Positions 19,129 through 27,642 of a DNA stretch of 54,989 bases are shown here, piece by piece; within the stretch, counting starts at the first letter, position 1, and the number at the start of each line of letters is the position of its first letter. The notes under the pieces are model-generated. The model did not search any database and had not been told where the DNA came from. It was given only the letters and a program-made list of their open reading frames with translations. The DNA is from a virus (Duplodnaviria; Caudoviricetes), in the IMG/VR virus record IMGVR_UViG_3300012351_000011, positions 1 through 54,989 of that record; one strand, given 5' to 3'. The position numbers were made by a program, and so were the translations under genes.

Positions 19129-19848
19129 TTACTTAAACTCTTGTACCTCAATAGTCCAGGGTATACCAGCAAACACTTTGAGGTAGACATCCCCTCCCTG
19201 ATGCTCCTCGCTGCTATCGCTGGTAACTTTGTTGGCTGCGCAATTGCCGCTCACATCTCCCGCATAGGATGACGTTCCATCGCTATTATGAACATTGATC
19301 CCGATAAACCCTTCCACGCCGTAATTATTTCTTGCATCACATGTCCAGTTGATGCGCCAATTATCTGGCACACTGAAAATAGGCGTCTGTTTATCGCCAG
19401 TGCCAGTGAACTTGTGCGTGGTTACCCATTTTGCCGGTGCCTGGGTAGGTGCAGGCGTGCTTGTTGGTATGGATGTATTGAGTGTGGCAGTAGGTACTGA
19501 CACAGTGCCTCCTGCATTGTTCGTAGCTGCTATCTGGGCGCTATTGGTCGCAGAGGTGGTGTCTGTCGTCTGTGTTGTTGTACTGGTAGACTTGTTTCCA
19601 TTGGCGGCATAAGATATCAGTCCACAAAGTAAGAAAATGCCACACAGAAGCGTGATAAGCCACACCGGCATACAGCCATATTTGCGTTTCCAAATAGATG
19701 GTTGTTGAGGCGGCGGAGGTGGCATCTGCTGATAGGGTGAATATTGCGTGTACTGTGGTGGCAACTGGCCTGATTGTTGTGGATATTGTGTGTGTTGAGG
19801 TGGTAGCTGCCACTCTGGTTGATCGTTTGGCGGTTGAGGATAGGACAT
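19129..19848 (-). CDS. Membrane-anchored surface protein (possible superinfection exclusion)
   Basis: P/Q-rich N-terminus, one TM helix, T-rich linker, beta-rich external domain; immunity-region location. Confidence 0.65.
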   Translation of the reverse strand: MSYPQPPNDQPEWQLPPQHTQYPQQSGQLPPQYTQYSPYQQMPPPPPQQPSIWKRKYGCMPVWLITLLCGIFLLCGLISYAANGNKSTSTTTQTTDTTSATNSAQIAATNNAGGTVSVPTATLNTSIPTSTPAPTQAPAKWVTTHKFTGTGDKQTPIFSVPDNWRINWTCDARNNYGVEGFIGINVHNSDGTSSYAGDVSGNCAANKVTSDSSEEHQGGDVYLKVFAGIPWTIEVQEFK

Positions 19849-20161
19849 GGACTTTTCTCTCTTTCTTCTAGCAACATAGAAATAATGATGTACTTTAATA
19901 TACAACGCTTTACATTCACTATGCTACTTTTGATGAGAAAGACGCCTTATTGCTCTATTCATCGCGCCAATTGCGCAGTAGCCAGATCGCCAGTGCAAGA
20001 AACGCCAGAACCACTAGTATTGATGCAGGAAGCCACAAGTCCATAGTAGATAGTTCCCCTTACTTCTCAAACAAATATGTCACTCAGTATAGCACTTCCC
20101 TTGCAAGAGTTTGACACACTGTTCAAAACATAGCGTAGGCTTTACAGGATGAGCAAGAGGT

Positions 20162-20219
20162 GCCACAATGACTAACAGACAGTAGATGGAGTGATCTACT
20201 GTCTGTTAGTCATTGTGGC
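20162..20219. repeat. Perfect 26-bp inverted repeat with 6-nt loop
   Basis: GCCACAATGACTAACAGACAGTAGAT-GGAGTG-ATCTACTGTCTGTTAGTCATTGTGGC. Confidence 0.95.
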
Positions 20220-20226
20220 GCGATAT

Positions 20227-20460
20227 TTAGCTATTGGCGTTGTTCTTTAGCACAACCAGGCCAGGATGATTGAGAATGTCCATCATTTCTGTGTTTGTGG
20301 CTTCGACGAGCGTAAGAATGTTGCCGTGTCTGCTGTCTACTAACTCGACACGCCACCATGTACCATTGTGAAATACAAAGCTACCCTCTAATGCAGAGGT
20401 GCTTAGTTGCCCTTGTTTGAGTGCAGACTTCTCAATCCGTTTGTCGATATTATCTTCCAT
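20227..20460 (-). CDS. Hypothetical protein
   Basis: GGGAG RBS before MEDNID. Confidence 0.6.
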   Translation of the reverse strand: MEDNIDKRIEKSALKQGQLSTSALEGSFVFHNGTWWRVELVDSRHGNILTLVEATNTEMMDILNHPGLVVLKNNANS

Positions 20461-20597
20461 TTGACATCTCCCTTTCTTATTTGCTCTATTATATTCCACA
20501 GAGCCACATGATAGCCTGGGTGACTGCCAGCGAAAGCAACATTAAAAAGATGATGATGAGCAGGTGCAGTTTCCAGGTCATAGGGTTCCCTGCTCAT
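20403..20597 (-). CDS. Hypothetical protein
   Basis: GAGG RBS; fills the operon gap but overlaps the next gene. Confidence 0.4.
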   Translation of the reverse strand: MSREPYDLETAPAHHHLFNVAFAGSHPGYHVALWNIIEQIRKGDVKWKIISTNGLRSLHSNKGN

Positions 20598-20958
20598 AGT
20601 CCTCTATGACCTGGCGGCCTACTGGCGACTCTCGCATGAAATTCAAGATGTCATCATAGGTGTGTGTATCGCCTTCACTTTCGCACATCCTGCCGGCGTA
20701 AAAGAGCTTTTCGTACAGCGTGCGGATCTCTTCTTTCATCTGCTGCTCTGTGTTCGTATAGGTATTTGTGATGCGCTGCACCTCTTTATTTTCCTTGACA
20801 ATATAGCTTCTCATAGCGCCAATATGGCCACTCCATCCCTGCTCATCATAGAACTGATAAACCTTGGTTCGCGCAACACTTGCGCTCGGTGCCATAACCG
20901 CGAAAATCAACACGTCATTAATGGTATCGTCTTCAGCTAGGACAATGTATTGTCGCAT
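20578..20958 (-). CDS. Hypothetical protein
   Basis: AGGAGG RBS before MRQYIVL. Confidence 0.65.
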   Translation of the reverse strand: MRQYIVLAEDDTINDVLIFAVMAPSASVARTKVYQFYDEQGWSGHIGAMRSYIVKENKEVQRITNTYTNTEQQMKEEIRTLYEKLFYAGRMCESEGDTHTYDDILNFMRESPVGRQVIEDYEQGTL

Positions 20959-20972
20959 CACTATTCCTCCTT

Positions 20973-21071
20973 TTACCATACCCCTATGATCTTGTAGATA
21001 GCCATCAGCAGTAGGAAGCTCACCAGAATGGCAGTTGCGAGCTGCCATCGCTCATCACAACATCGTTTCAT
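20973..21071 (-). CDS. 32-aa single-TM peptide
   Basis: MKRCCDERWQLATAILVSFLLLMAIYKIIGVW*; ATGA overlap with the upstream stop; not in the ORF track. Confidence 0.5.
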   Translation of the reverse strand: MKRCCDERWQLATAILVSFLLLMAIYKIIGVW

Positions 21072-21403
21072 CGGTTCAACTCCAAACGCAAGGCACTAAT
21101 ACGCTCAATATCTTCCTTTGGCAGTTTGGCACATGTTAAGCAGTAGTATTCACCGTTAATTGTCGTTTGGTTCAGATGATCGTCGCAGATGTTTCGGCCA
21201 CAACAAGGGCATTCAAACACATCATTGGACATCGTGTCGCAGTCACAGACGAGCTGACCAATAACCTCCCCTGCTTTGTTGAATATTGACTCCATGTACT
21301 GACAGCACAAAGGAGCATCTTCCGCAGGTGCTTCCATGACAACAACGGTATAGGTTTTCTTTGGCGGTTTCTCGATCTCGTAAAAGGCTTTTCTTTCACT
21401 CAT
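21068..21403 (-). CDS. Cys-rich zinc-finger protein
   Basis: CDC..CPCC..ICDDH..YCLTC. Confidence 0.65.
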   Translation of the reverse strand: MSERKAFYEIEKPPKKTYTVVVMEAPAEDAPLCCQYMESIFNKAGEVIGQLVCDCDTMSNDVFECPCCGRNICDDHLNQTTINGEYYCLTCAKLPKEDIERISALRLELNR

Positions 21404-21621
21404 TTTGTTGGCCATCCTCCCTCGTAGCGCGTATTGCCTGTTGTCTCGTTGAAGATACGCACATAGGCCACACGCCGCTTTGATGTTTCTGCTATTTCTT
21501 GCTTGTATATTTCAATGCCTATCCGTCCCTCAATGTGCTCTTTGTGCGTGATGTAGTTCCCAACAGCGTCTAGCATCCGCACAGTAAACAGATGCTTCCC
21601 CCCAAATGTTCTCTTAGCCAT
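21400..21621 (-). CDS. Hypothetical protein
   Basis: GAGG RBS before MAKRTF; coupled to neighbours. Confidence 0.6.
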   Translation of the reverse strand: MAKRTFGGKHLFTVRMLDAVGNYITHKEHIEGRIGIEIYKQEIAETSKRRVAYVRIFNETTGNTRYEGGWPTK

Positions 21622-22264
21622 ATTTTTCCTCTCGTAGTGAGCCCAACCCACCCGATAATAATTCAACCATCCATAACCAGTCGCAACGACGTGGGTCAAT
21701 TTCTAATGGATGATTGACAACAAGATCTCTGATCGCTGAGTCAGTAAAGAGCCACATGTCGCCGCCTTGCTGTTCTGTGCGTTCACTTTGGCGGCGCTTG
21801 CCTTTGATCCAACCGCGATCTAACCACCGCTCAACTTTGTGATGATCGCAGCCCAGACCCAAACACAAACCACGCATGGTATAGCCCTCTTGGGTCTTGT
21901 TCACACCTATCCTCTTGGCTTTTAAGTGAACAGCGGTTTTTGTCCTGCCGAGGTGCTTGGCGATATCCCCCAGGCTCTTTCTGTGCAAATTGCGCTCAAG
22001 ATATGCTTCATCCTCTTCTGTCCAACGCGGTTCTTTTTGCCTGGCCAGGCCCAACTCACGGCCCCACTTCCTGATCACGTGCCGAGGATAACCCGGGAAA
22101 TAGTGCATCAGTTCGTCAATGGTTTCTGTGCGACCGTCGTAGCGTTCGAGCAAGATACGACGTTGCGAGTCAGAGAGGAAGTATTTCTGCTGAATGCCGC
22201 CACGGTGAATGCCTACGCGTTTTGCGCCAACCTGCTCTAAAGTCATGAGTGGTTGTACCATCAT
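21614..22264 (-). CDS. Multi-HTH DNA-binding protein
   Basis: WTEEDEAYL..IAKHLGRTKTAVHLKAKRIG repeat plus a MerR-like C-terminal domain. Confidence 0.7.
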   Translation of the reverse strand: MMVQPLMTLEQVGAKRVGIHRGGIQQKYFLSDSQRRILLERYDGRTETIDELMHYFPGYPRHVIRKWGRELGLARQKEPRWTEEDEAYLERNLHRKSLGDIAKHLGRTKTAVHLKAKRIGVNKTQEGYTMRGLCLGLGCDHHKVERWLDRGWIKGKRRQSERTEQQGGDMWLFTDSAIRDLVVNHPLEIDPRRCDWLWMVELLSGGLGSLREEKYG

Positions 22265-22548
22265 GCGGTTACCTCCACTTTCGTTTCAAAATGCAGTCCA
22301 AACACGGTGACACCGCCTGGACAGAACGACAAAACCGCCAAGCCGTCAACAAGCATATTCATGGCGCGCGTAGTTGTGTCTTTTTCTCGATAGAGAATGG
22401 CATCCCCATGTGAGCCGAGATACTCAGAATATTCCGTGCGGATACGCGCAAAGTCCAGGTCAGAAGGTCCGTCTTGTTGCTGATATTCCCAAATGCGCAG
22501 TGGCACGCATAATTCCAGATGCATACGCAATAATTCATCATTGCTCAT
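22261..22548 (-). CDS. Hypothetical phage protein
   Basis: Coupled ORF with FCPGGVTVFG motif. Confidence 0.65.
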   Translation of the reverse strand: MSNDELLRMHLELCVPLRIWEYQQQDGPSDLDFARIRTEYSEYLGSHGDAILYREKDTTTRAMNMLVDGLAVLSFCPGGVTVFGLHFETKVEVTA

Positions 22549-24224
22549 ACTGCCGCGCTCCTTGCTTCTTTGGCTTTGCGCCACTTCTCAAAAGACTGAT
22601 AGGCAACATCTAGCATGTCAGCAGCTTCACCTTTTGTTACCGTCTCTGGGTTGTATTGGAAGTTGAACCGGCGCTGGTACTTTGCCAGTTTTTCGAGTTG
22701 AGTTTCTGTCGCTGAGTCCTGTCTCCATGCTGCATTTCTGTCGATAAGTTTGACTGACTTCGCATCTGACAAGAGCATGCGTGCTTTACGTTCCGCCTGG
22801 CCCTGAGCCCAGTCAAGCGGCATGTATTCATTGCTCCACCATTGCATCTCGAAACGTGGCGCTAGTCGAGCGGCAACACGATAATAGCCGTCAATTTCAG
22901 ATGAGGGGATAAGCGCAATACGATGCTTTTCTTGTCCAACTTCCAGCACGAATTTACCGTCTGAACGGGACTGCCAATTGAGACGCGCTAGCACATTGAT
23001 GGTGATATCCTGATCTCGCTTCACATCGATCTTGCGTTCGCGCTTTTCACGTACTGCAACCTCTTTGCGCTCTTTCGCTTCAAGCAAGGTTTCACCGTCT
23101 TGCAGGTCAACACCTGTTACCCTTGCAAGGGATTGAGGCTCTAGCCTGTGATTGAGTACGTTGTCAGTGGCATCAAGAATAAGCGCATCTGTTTTTGTGG
23201 GAGCAAGGCGCAATATTCTGCCAATACATTGCGCATAGAGACTACGGGACTTGGTAGGACGCGCCATAATAGCGCATGAGAGGAAGATATACCGGCCTTC
23301 ATCCTCATCATAAGATGTTTCAGCGTCGTACCCTTCTGTGAAGACCTGGCAGTTACACAACACGCGATATTTGCCCGTCTCAAAATCTTTGAGGATTGCT
23401 GATCGATTTGGCGTTTTACCAGACACAGCAACCGCTTTTACACCTGCCTCATTAAATGCATCTGCCAGATGGTCAGCATGATTGATATCCACTGTGAAGG
23501 CCATAGCTTGACGATCTGAAGCGTGTTCCAGATACCCTTCAACAATCTTTCGATTGCGTTCAGGCGTATCAATCTTCTCTGCCAGTTCTTTAACCTGGTA
23601 ATCGCCTTCTTTGGTATGCAGGCCGTCAAGAGATGTCCCTGTTTTGATAGCTACGGCTTTGACATTGGTGAGATACCCCTGCTCTACGCCGTCTAGGATT
23701 GATACAGTGTGTACTGACTCACCAAACAGGTCATCATTGGTTATCCTGTCCATACGGTCATCAGTGGCCGTACAGCCAAGCTTAAAAGCATCTTCTAGCT
23801 GAGCTAGAACTTTGCCGTATTCGTTGCCAGAATGCGCGTGGTGAACTTCATCCACAATAACCAGGCCAAAGCCAAAGTGCTTTAAGTTTTTCAAGTGGTT
23901 AGGCCGCGCAATGGTCTGAATACTGGCTACTGTGATTGGATGACCCCAATCCTGATAGCCACCTCCAACTTTGCCGATTTGCGCATCAGGATCGATGTAA
24001 CGATACTTTTGCGCAGCCTGGGTCAGCAACTCGTCACGATGTGCGATTATCAGGACATTTGTATTTGTGCGCTTCCTGATCTCAACCGCAATGGCACTGA
24101 AGCAAACAGTTTTACCCAGTCCTGTCGCATGAACAAATTTCGCTTTCCCCTTAGGGTTATCTTTATGTATACTCAGGACGCGATCCCTCGTCGCAACCTG
24201 ATAATCTCTCAACTCTACCTGCAT
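22545..24224 (-). CDS. SF2 DEAD/DEAH helicase (ResIII/Irc3-like)
   Basis: LRDYQ, ATGLGKT, DEVHH, TAT, TEGYD, ARPTKS, QCIGRILR. Confidence 0.93.
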   Translation of the reverse strand: MQVELRDYQVATRDRVLSIHKDNPKGKAKFVHATGLGKTVCFSAIAVEIRKRTNTNVLIIAHRDELLTQAAQKYRYIDPDAQIGKVGGGYQDWGHPITVASIQTIARPNHLKNLKHFGFGLVIVDEVHHAHSGNEYGKVLAQLEDAFKLGCTATDDRMDRITNDDLFGESVHTVSILDGVEQGYLTNVKAVAIKTGTSLDGLHTKEGDYQVKELAEKIDTPERNRKIVEGYLEHASDRQAMAFTVDINHADHLADAFNEAGVKAVAVSGKTPNRSAILKDFETGKYRVLCNCQVFTEGYDAETSYDEDEGRYIFLSCAIMARPTKSRSLYAQCIGRILRLAPTKTDALILDATDNVLNHRLEPQSLARVTGVDLQDGETLLEAKERKEVAVREKRERKIDVKRDQDITINVLARLNWQSRSDGKFVLEVGQEKHRIALIPSSEIDGYYRVAARLAPRFEMQWWSNEYMPLDWAQGQAERKARMLLSDAKSVKLIDRNAAWRQDSATETQLEKLAKYQRRFNFQYNPETVTKGEAADMLDVAYQSFEKWRKAKEARSAAV

Positions 24225-24248
24225 AACAAAAGCTCTCTTCCCTGAAAA

Positions 24249-24455
24249 CTACTGCACCTCGACCATTTTTGTACTTTCATCTATATGCCGGTCAAACGAC
24301 GATTGCTTGACACGGTATGGTCCGGTATCGCCATTGGTCCGAAACGCCTCTATTTTGCCTTTCCTGATTTTCCGCAGGACCGTGATCGGCTTTATCTTGA
24401 GGAAAGCGGCGACCTCTTTCACCGTGTAAATTCTCTCCTGCTCTGCTGTAACCAT
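24249..24455 (-). CDS. Excisionase-like HTH_17 protein
   Basis: YTVKEVAAFLKIKPITVLRKIRKGKIEA..YRV. Confidence 0.85.
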   Translation of the reverse strand: MVTAEQERIYTVKEVAAFLKIKPITVLRKIRKGKIEAFRTNGDTGPYRVKQSSFDRHIDESTKMVEVQ

Positions 24456-24490
24456 GTGAATTCCCTTTCTTTGTTCCAACTGCTCTTGTG

Positions 24491-24555
24491 TTAGTATAGC
24501 ATTGTCTTGCTATGATTGCAAGAGTATTGCAAAGTATTGATAAGTGAGCTATACT
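24491..24555. promoter_or_regulatory. Divergent promoters (cassette B, inverted copy of cassette A)
   Basis: TTGCAA-N17-TATACT on both strands. Confidence 0.75.
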
Positions 24556-24585
24556 AAGAACAGGTAAACCAATTAAGAAAAGGAG

Positions 24586-24834
24586 ATGTCTATGCCACTA
24601 TCTGAAGATTTTGTCGCAAAGAGGCGTGCTGAAATTAACAATGCCGCTGAAACGTATGTCAGCACACTCTTTACCTACATGCAATGTCTGGATATGAGCA
24701 CCGAGAACGGCGTGAGTACCGGACATGGCATTGTCAACATAGTTGAGCAGATCCGCAAAATGCAGGATGCTCTCAACAAGCCTACTGAAAACCTCACTCG
24801 ACCAGAACGCAAAGACGCATTTGGACGCCGTTAA
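24586..24834 (+). CDS. Hypothetical protein
   Basis: AAGGAG RBS; true start may be 24592. Confidence 0.6.
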   Translation: MSMPLSEDFVAKRRAEINNAAETYVSTLFTYMQCLDMSTENGVSTGHGIVNIVEQIRKMQDALNKPTENLTRPERKDAFGRR

Positions 24835-24854
24835 CCACACAGAAAGGAAACACC

Positions 24855-25511
24855 ATGACCATCGAATTTTTACATGAGATGCACGAGACCGATAATCATC
24901 ACGCTATGGCCCGGCTGGATGGAGAATACGAAGGCGGTCATGTCCGCGAGTCGTTTGTCCACCTGAAACCTCATTCTGTCAAGCTTCATCGCCTCAGTAG
25001 CTACAGCGAAAATGATAGCTTCCACATGACCGCTACAGAAGCTGATGCATTTGTTGAAGCGTGGCTAGCCTTCAAAGCCAACACTGAACAGTGGCTACAG
25101 ATCGAAGCCGAAAAGAAAGCACGCGCCGAGCAGGCCGAACAATCACGCCAGTTATCAGTGTGGAAACAGGTAGAAGAGTTGGCGCAAAGCATTCCAGGGT
25201 TGGAGATTATCGCTAGGGAAGAAGATGTTTGGGATGAAGATGACCAAACTGGCACTACTACGGCGTGGGAAGTATTGCATCGCGCACTTGGCCGAGGCAA
25301 CAAATACCTGTACAGTGCTGACCAGGTGATGCTGGAGGTACAAGGACTCATCGAAGAATATAACCAGCACCTTCAGCACCTTGAAAACATCGAGGAAGCA
25401 AACTGGAACAATTGGTGGCCAGCTTATATCGAAACTGCAAAACAGTTCCTCGCCACTCATCGCGCACATCAAACAAACAGAACATCTCCCCTGGTTGAAA
25501 CAAACGCATAG
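24855..25511 (+). CDS. Hypothetical acidic helical protein
   Basis: AAGGA RBS; 218 aa. Confidence 0.7.
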   Translation: MTIEFLHEMHETDNHHAMARLDGEYEGGHVRESFVHLKPHSVKLHRLSSYSENDSFHMTATEADAFVEAWLAFKANTEQWLQIEAEKKARAEQAEQSRQLSVWKQVEELAQSIPGLEIIAREEDVWDEDDQTGTTTAWEVLHRALGRGNKYLYSADQVMLEVQGLIEEYNQHLQHLENIEEANWNNWWPAYIETAKQFLATHRAHQTNRTSPLVETNA

Positions 25512-25685
25512 CATAACCCTTGCAAGGGGTAGAGAAGGAGGTGCAACACTCAGCTAAAACAGTGCTGGATGACAACTGAATACTGGAGCTACGAGCGGTC
25601 AGACGGATATACATTTGACCGCTCAACTTTGATATACTGACTGTCAAGAGAAGATGTGAACACTATTGAGAGAGGAAATACACAA

Positions 25686-26063
25686 ATGAACGAAGCAACA
25701 CAACGCGCAATGGCTGAGCTTATCAAAGCTGTCGAGAAACAGTATGGCCCGGTTGAGTACATAACCATGTGCCAGCCATTTGAGGAAAGCGCTTATTTCA
25801 AACGCATGGCCGGTTTGCCAACGATGAAACGCCGTTCATCACGGCGCGGCCAGGTCCAGGCCAAACGCGCACGACTCGGTTTGCCGGTGGATGGCAAAGT
25901 GAAACCGTTCATGTGGAGCGGAGAACTACACAAGCCAACTCGCAAACAATGTTACGAAGCAGCTCTGCAAGCTGACAGAATGATACGATCTTACTCTATG
26001 CTGGGAAATGCAGAGACTGAGCGGCAGTATCTCATACAAAGCTGGATAGGAATGATGATATAA
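25686..26063 (+). CDS. Hypothetical protein
   Basis: GAGGA RBS; followed by a terminator. Confidence 0.65.
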   Translation: MNEATQRAMAELIKAVEKQYGPVEYITMCQPFEESAYFKRMAGLPTMKRRSSRRGQVQAKRARLGLPVDGKVKPFMWSGELHKPTRKQCYEAALQADRMIRSYSMLGNAETERQYLIQSWIGMMI

Positions 26064-26083
26064 TAAACATTGACCTGCGACCA

Positions 26084-26131
26084 AACAAAAAGCCTCTAAC
26101 TTACTCCCATTTCAGTTAGAGGCTTTTTGTT
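26084..26131. terminator. Bidirectional intrinsic terminator
   Basis: 17-bp stem including A/T tails. Confidence 0.8.
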
Positions 26132-26343
26132 GTTGCTGTTCAGGATCAAGAGCTTCTTGTTGGTCCGCTACAGACAGTATAGCCGTTTGACGGAAACCTT
26201 GCAAGAGTTGGAATATGTTTTGAAGTACTATGCACGATTGCGCAGAGTCTTGAAACGTGCTATACTGTGGCTATACGACGTTTGATGCATGGTTAGCTAA
26301 AATAACCATGCATCTGATAAAACCTGATTAGGAGGCTCTATCA

Positions 26344-26706
26344 ATGGATACTGTATCACCTTCTGAATTAACCTTACAAGAGCAGATCAACTTGTTACGA
26401 AAACGGGTAGAGGCACTCGAAAAACGACCAGAGCACAAGAAGCGCAAGAAAACGTGGGCAAAACTGCCTCCGCTTACCCCTGAAGAAGAGAAACAGGCTA
26501 AATCTCTCATTCTGCCAGTCCTGAAAAGTTTGCCAAAGGGTAAAATGGTCAATTCGTACTTTATCTCTCAGCAAAAGATCCAGCTCAGGAGACTCGGCTC
26601 CGTCAAAGTACGCAACCGCCTGGAGGAACTTATCAGTTTGACTCCCGATTTTATCAAGAAAGAAGGAAAAGGCAAAACCACGCTCTATTGTCTCAATAAA
26701 GAGTAA
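26344..26706 (+). CDS. Coiled-coil plus winged-helix protein, paralogous to the C-terminus of the DUF3987 protein
   Basis: AGGAGG RBS, own promoter and terminator; visible alignment with the last ~60 aa of 10473-12224. Confidence 0.75.
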   Translation: MDTVSPSELTLQEQINLLRKRVEALEKRPEHKKRKKTWAKLPPLTPEEEKQAKSLILPVLKSLPKGKMVNSYFISQQKIQLRRLGSVKVRNRLEELISLTPDFIKKEGKGKTTLYCLNKE

Positions 26707-26724
26707 CCCTGTATCACAAACAAG

Positions 26725-26762
26725 AAAGAGACTGGCGATTAACTTTTGCCAGTCTCTTTTTA
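26725..26762 (+). terminator. Intrinsic terminator
   Basis: AAAGAGACTGGC/GCCAGTCTCTTT stem plus T run. Confidence 0.8.
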
Positions 26763-27305
26763 TTGTGCCTTGCAGGGGGTAGTGTGAGTGGAATTACACA
26801 AGATGACCGGATACATAGATGGAGACTTTATTCAAATTGGTTTGAAGAGTATGCTTAAAATATAAGATAGCTTGACAAGCCACTTTATAGCGTATCTATG
26901 TATGACATGTATATCTTTTGCTTAATAAGCTATATAAGCAAATATATATATTCTTTGGGTAAGTAATTGAATAGATATCTCTATTCTTTCTATCTATGTA
27001 TGGGTATGCATACTACCCCCTGCAAGGGATAGAAATATTTTTAACAATATCTTTTAAGCATCCCTATACATAAATAGGAAAAATAGAAAATAATATGCAC
27101 TGCCTCACCCAAAGAAAAAGGACTATAGCATAGTAAGCTTTTTTTGCTTTGTGGCGCATAGTCTACATAGATATGTTGTGATGTCGCTTCTCATCCTGAT
27201 CTCTGTTTTAAGCATCCTCAAGAACTTACTGAGCAAAATTTTAACTGTTTTGCTCACCTGCATAGATCCCTCTACCCCTTGCAAGGTATGACTAATCGAT
27301 GTGAA

Positions 27306-27348
27306 GTTCCTGTAGCGAAAGTGGATAGAGCGTCGGTCTTCGGAACCG
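27306..27348 (+). pseudogene. 5' half of tRNA-Arg (anticodon TCG), degenerate D-stem
   Basis: GTTCCTG-TA-GCGA-AAGTGGATA-GAGC-G-TCGGT-CTTCGGA-ACCG; no T-arm follows. Confidence 0.7.
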
Positions 27349-27514
27349 TAAGTATGGTATACTTCAGATAACTGTGTTATACTTCTTCTATGTCCATGCA
27401 TTAGGTTTTTGAGGTGATACGCAGTAGGTTGAGGCAGACAGGCAATAGGTTTATGTCTTTTTGACAAGAAACACTTTTTCTAAGACGGCTCTACAAGCCA
27501 TTTCCCTTTAAAAG

Positions 27515-27555
27515 TGTTCCCGACAGGAATCGAACCTGCGCACTCGGTTCCGGAG
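27515..27555 (-). other. attP core: 3' half of tRNA-Arg(CCG)
   Basis: CTCCGGA-ACCGA-GTGC-GCAGG-TTCGATT-CCTGT-CGGGAAC-A; begins at the anticodon loop, ~90 bp upstream of the integrase. Confidence 0.85.
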
Positions 27556-27642
27556 ACATACCTAACATTACCTCGGCTTCTCAAGCCAGTTTACCCCTAT
27601 TGCTGTAGTTGACGCACTCTGTTTCCCTTGCAAGGGGGCTAT

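Noticed and set aside
20162-20219. N15-like telomere resolution site (linear plasmid prophage)
   Set aside because: The centre is a non-palindromic 6-nt loop, no protelomerase is recognisable, and a tRNA-type attP with integrase is present.
27123-27467. 114-aa minus-strand ORF across the att region
   Set aside because: TTG start without an RBS, no recognisable domain, overlaps the tRNA-derived sequence.
27306-27555. Intact functional tRNA gene
   Set aside because: Neither strand has a full cloverleaf in the present orientation.
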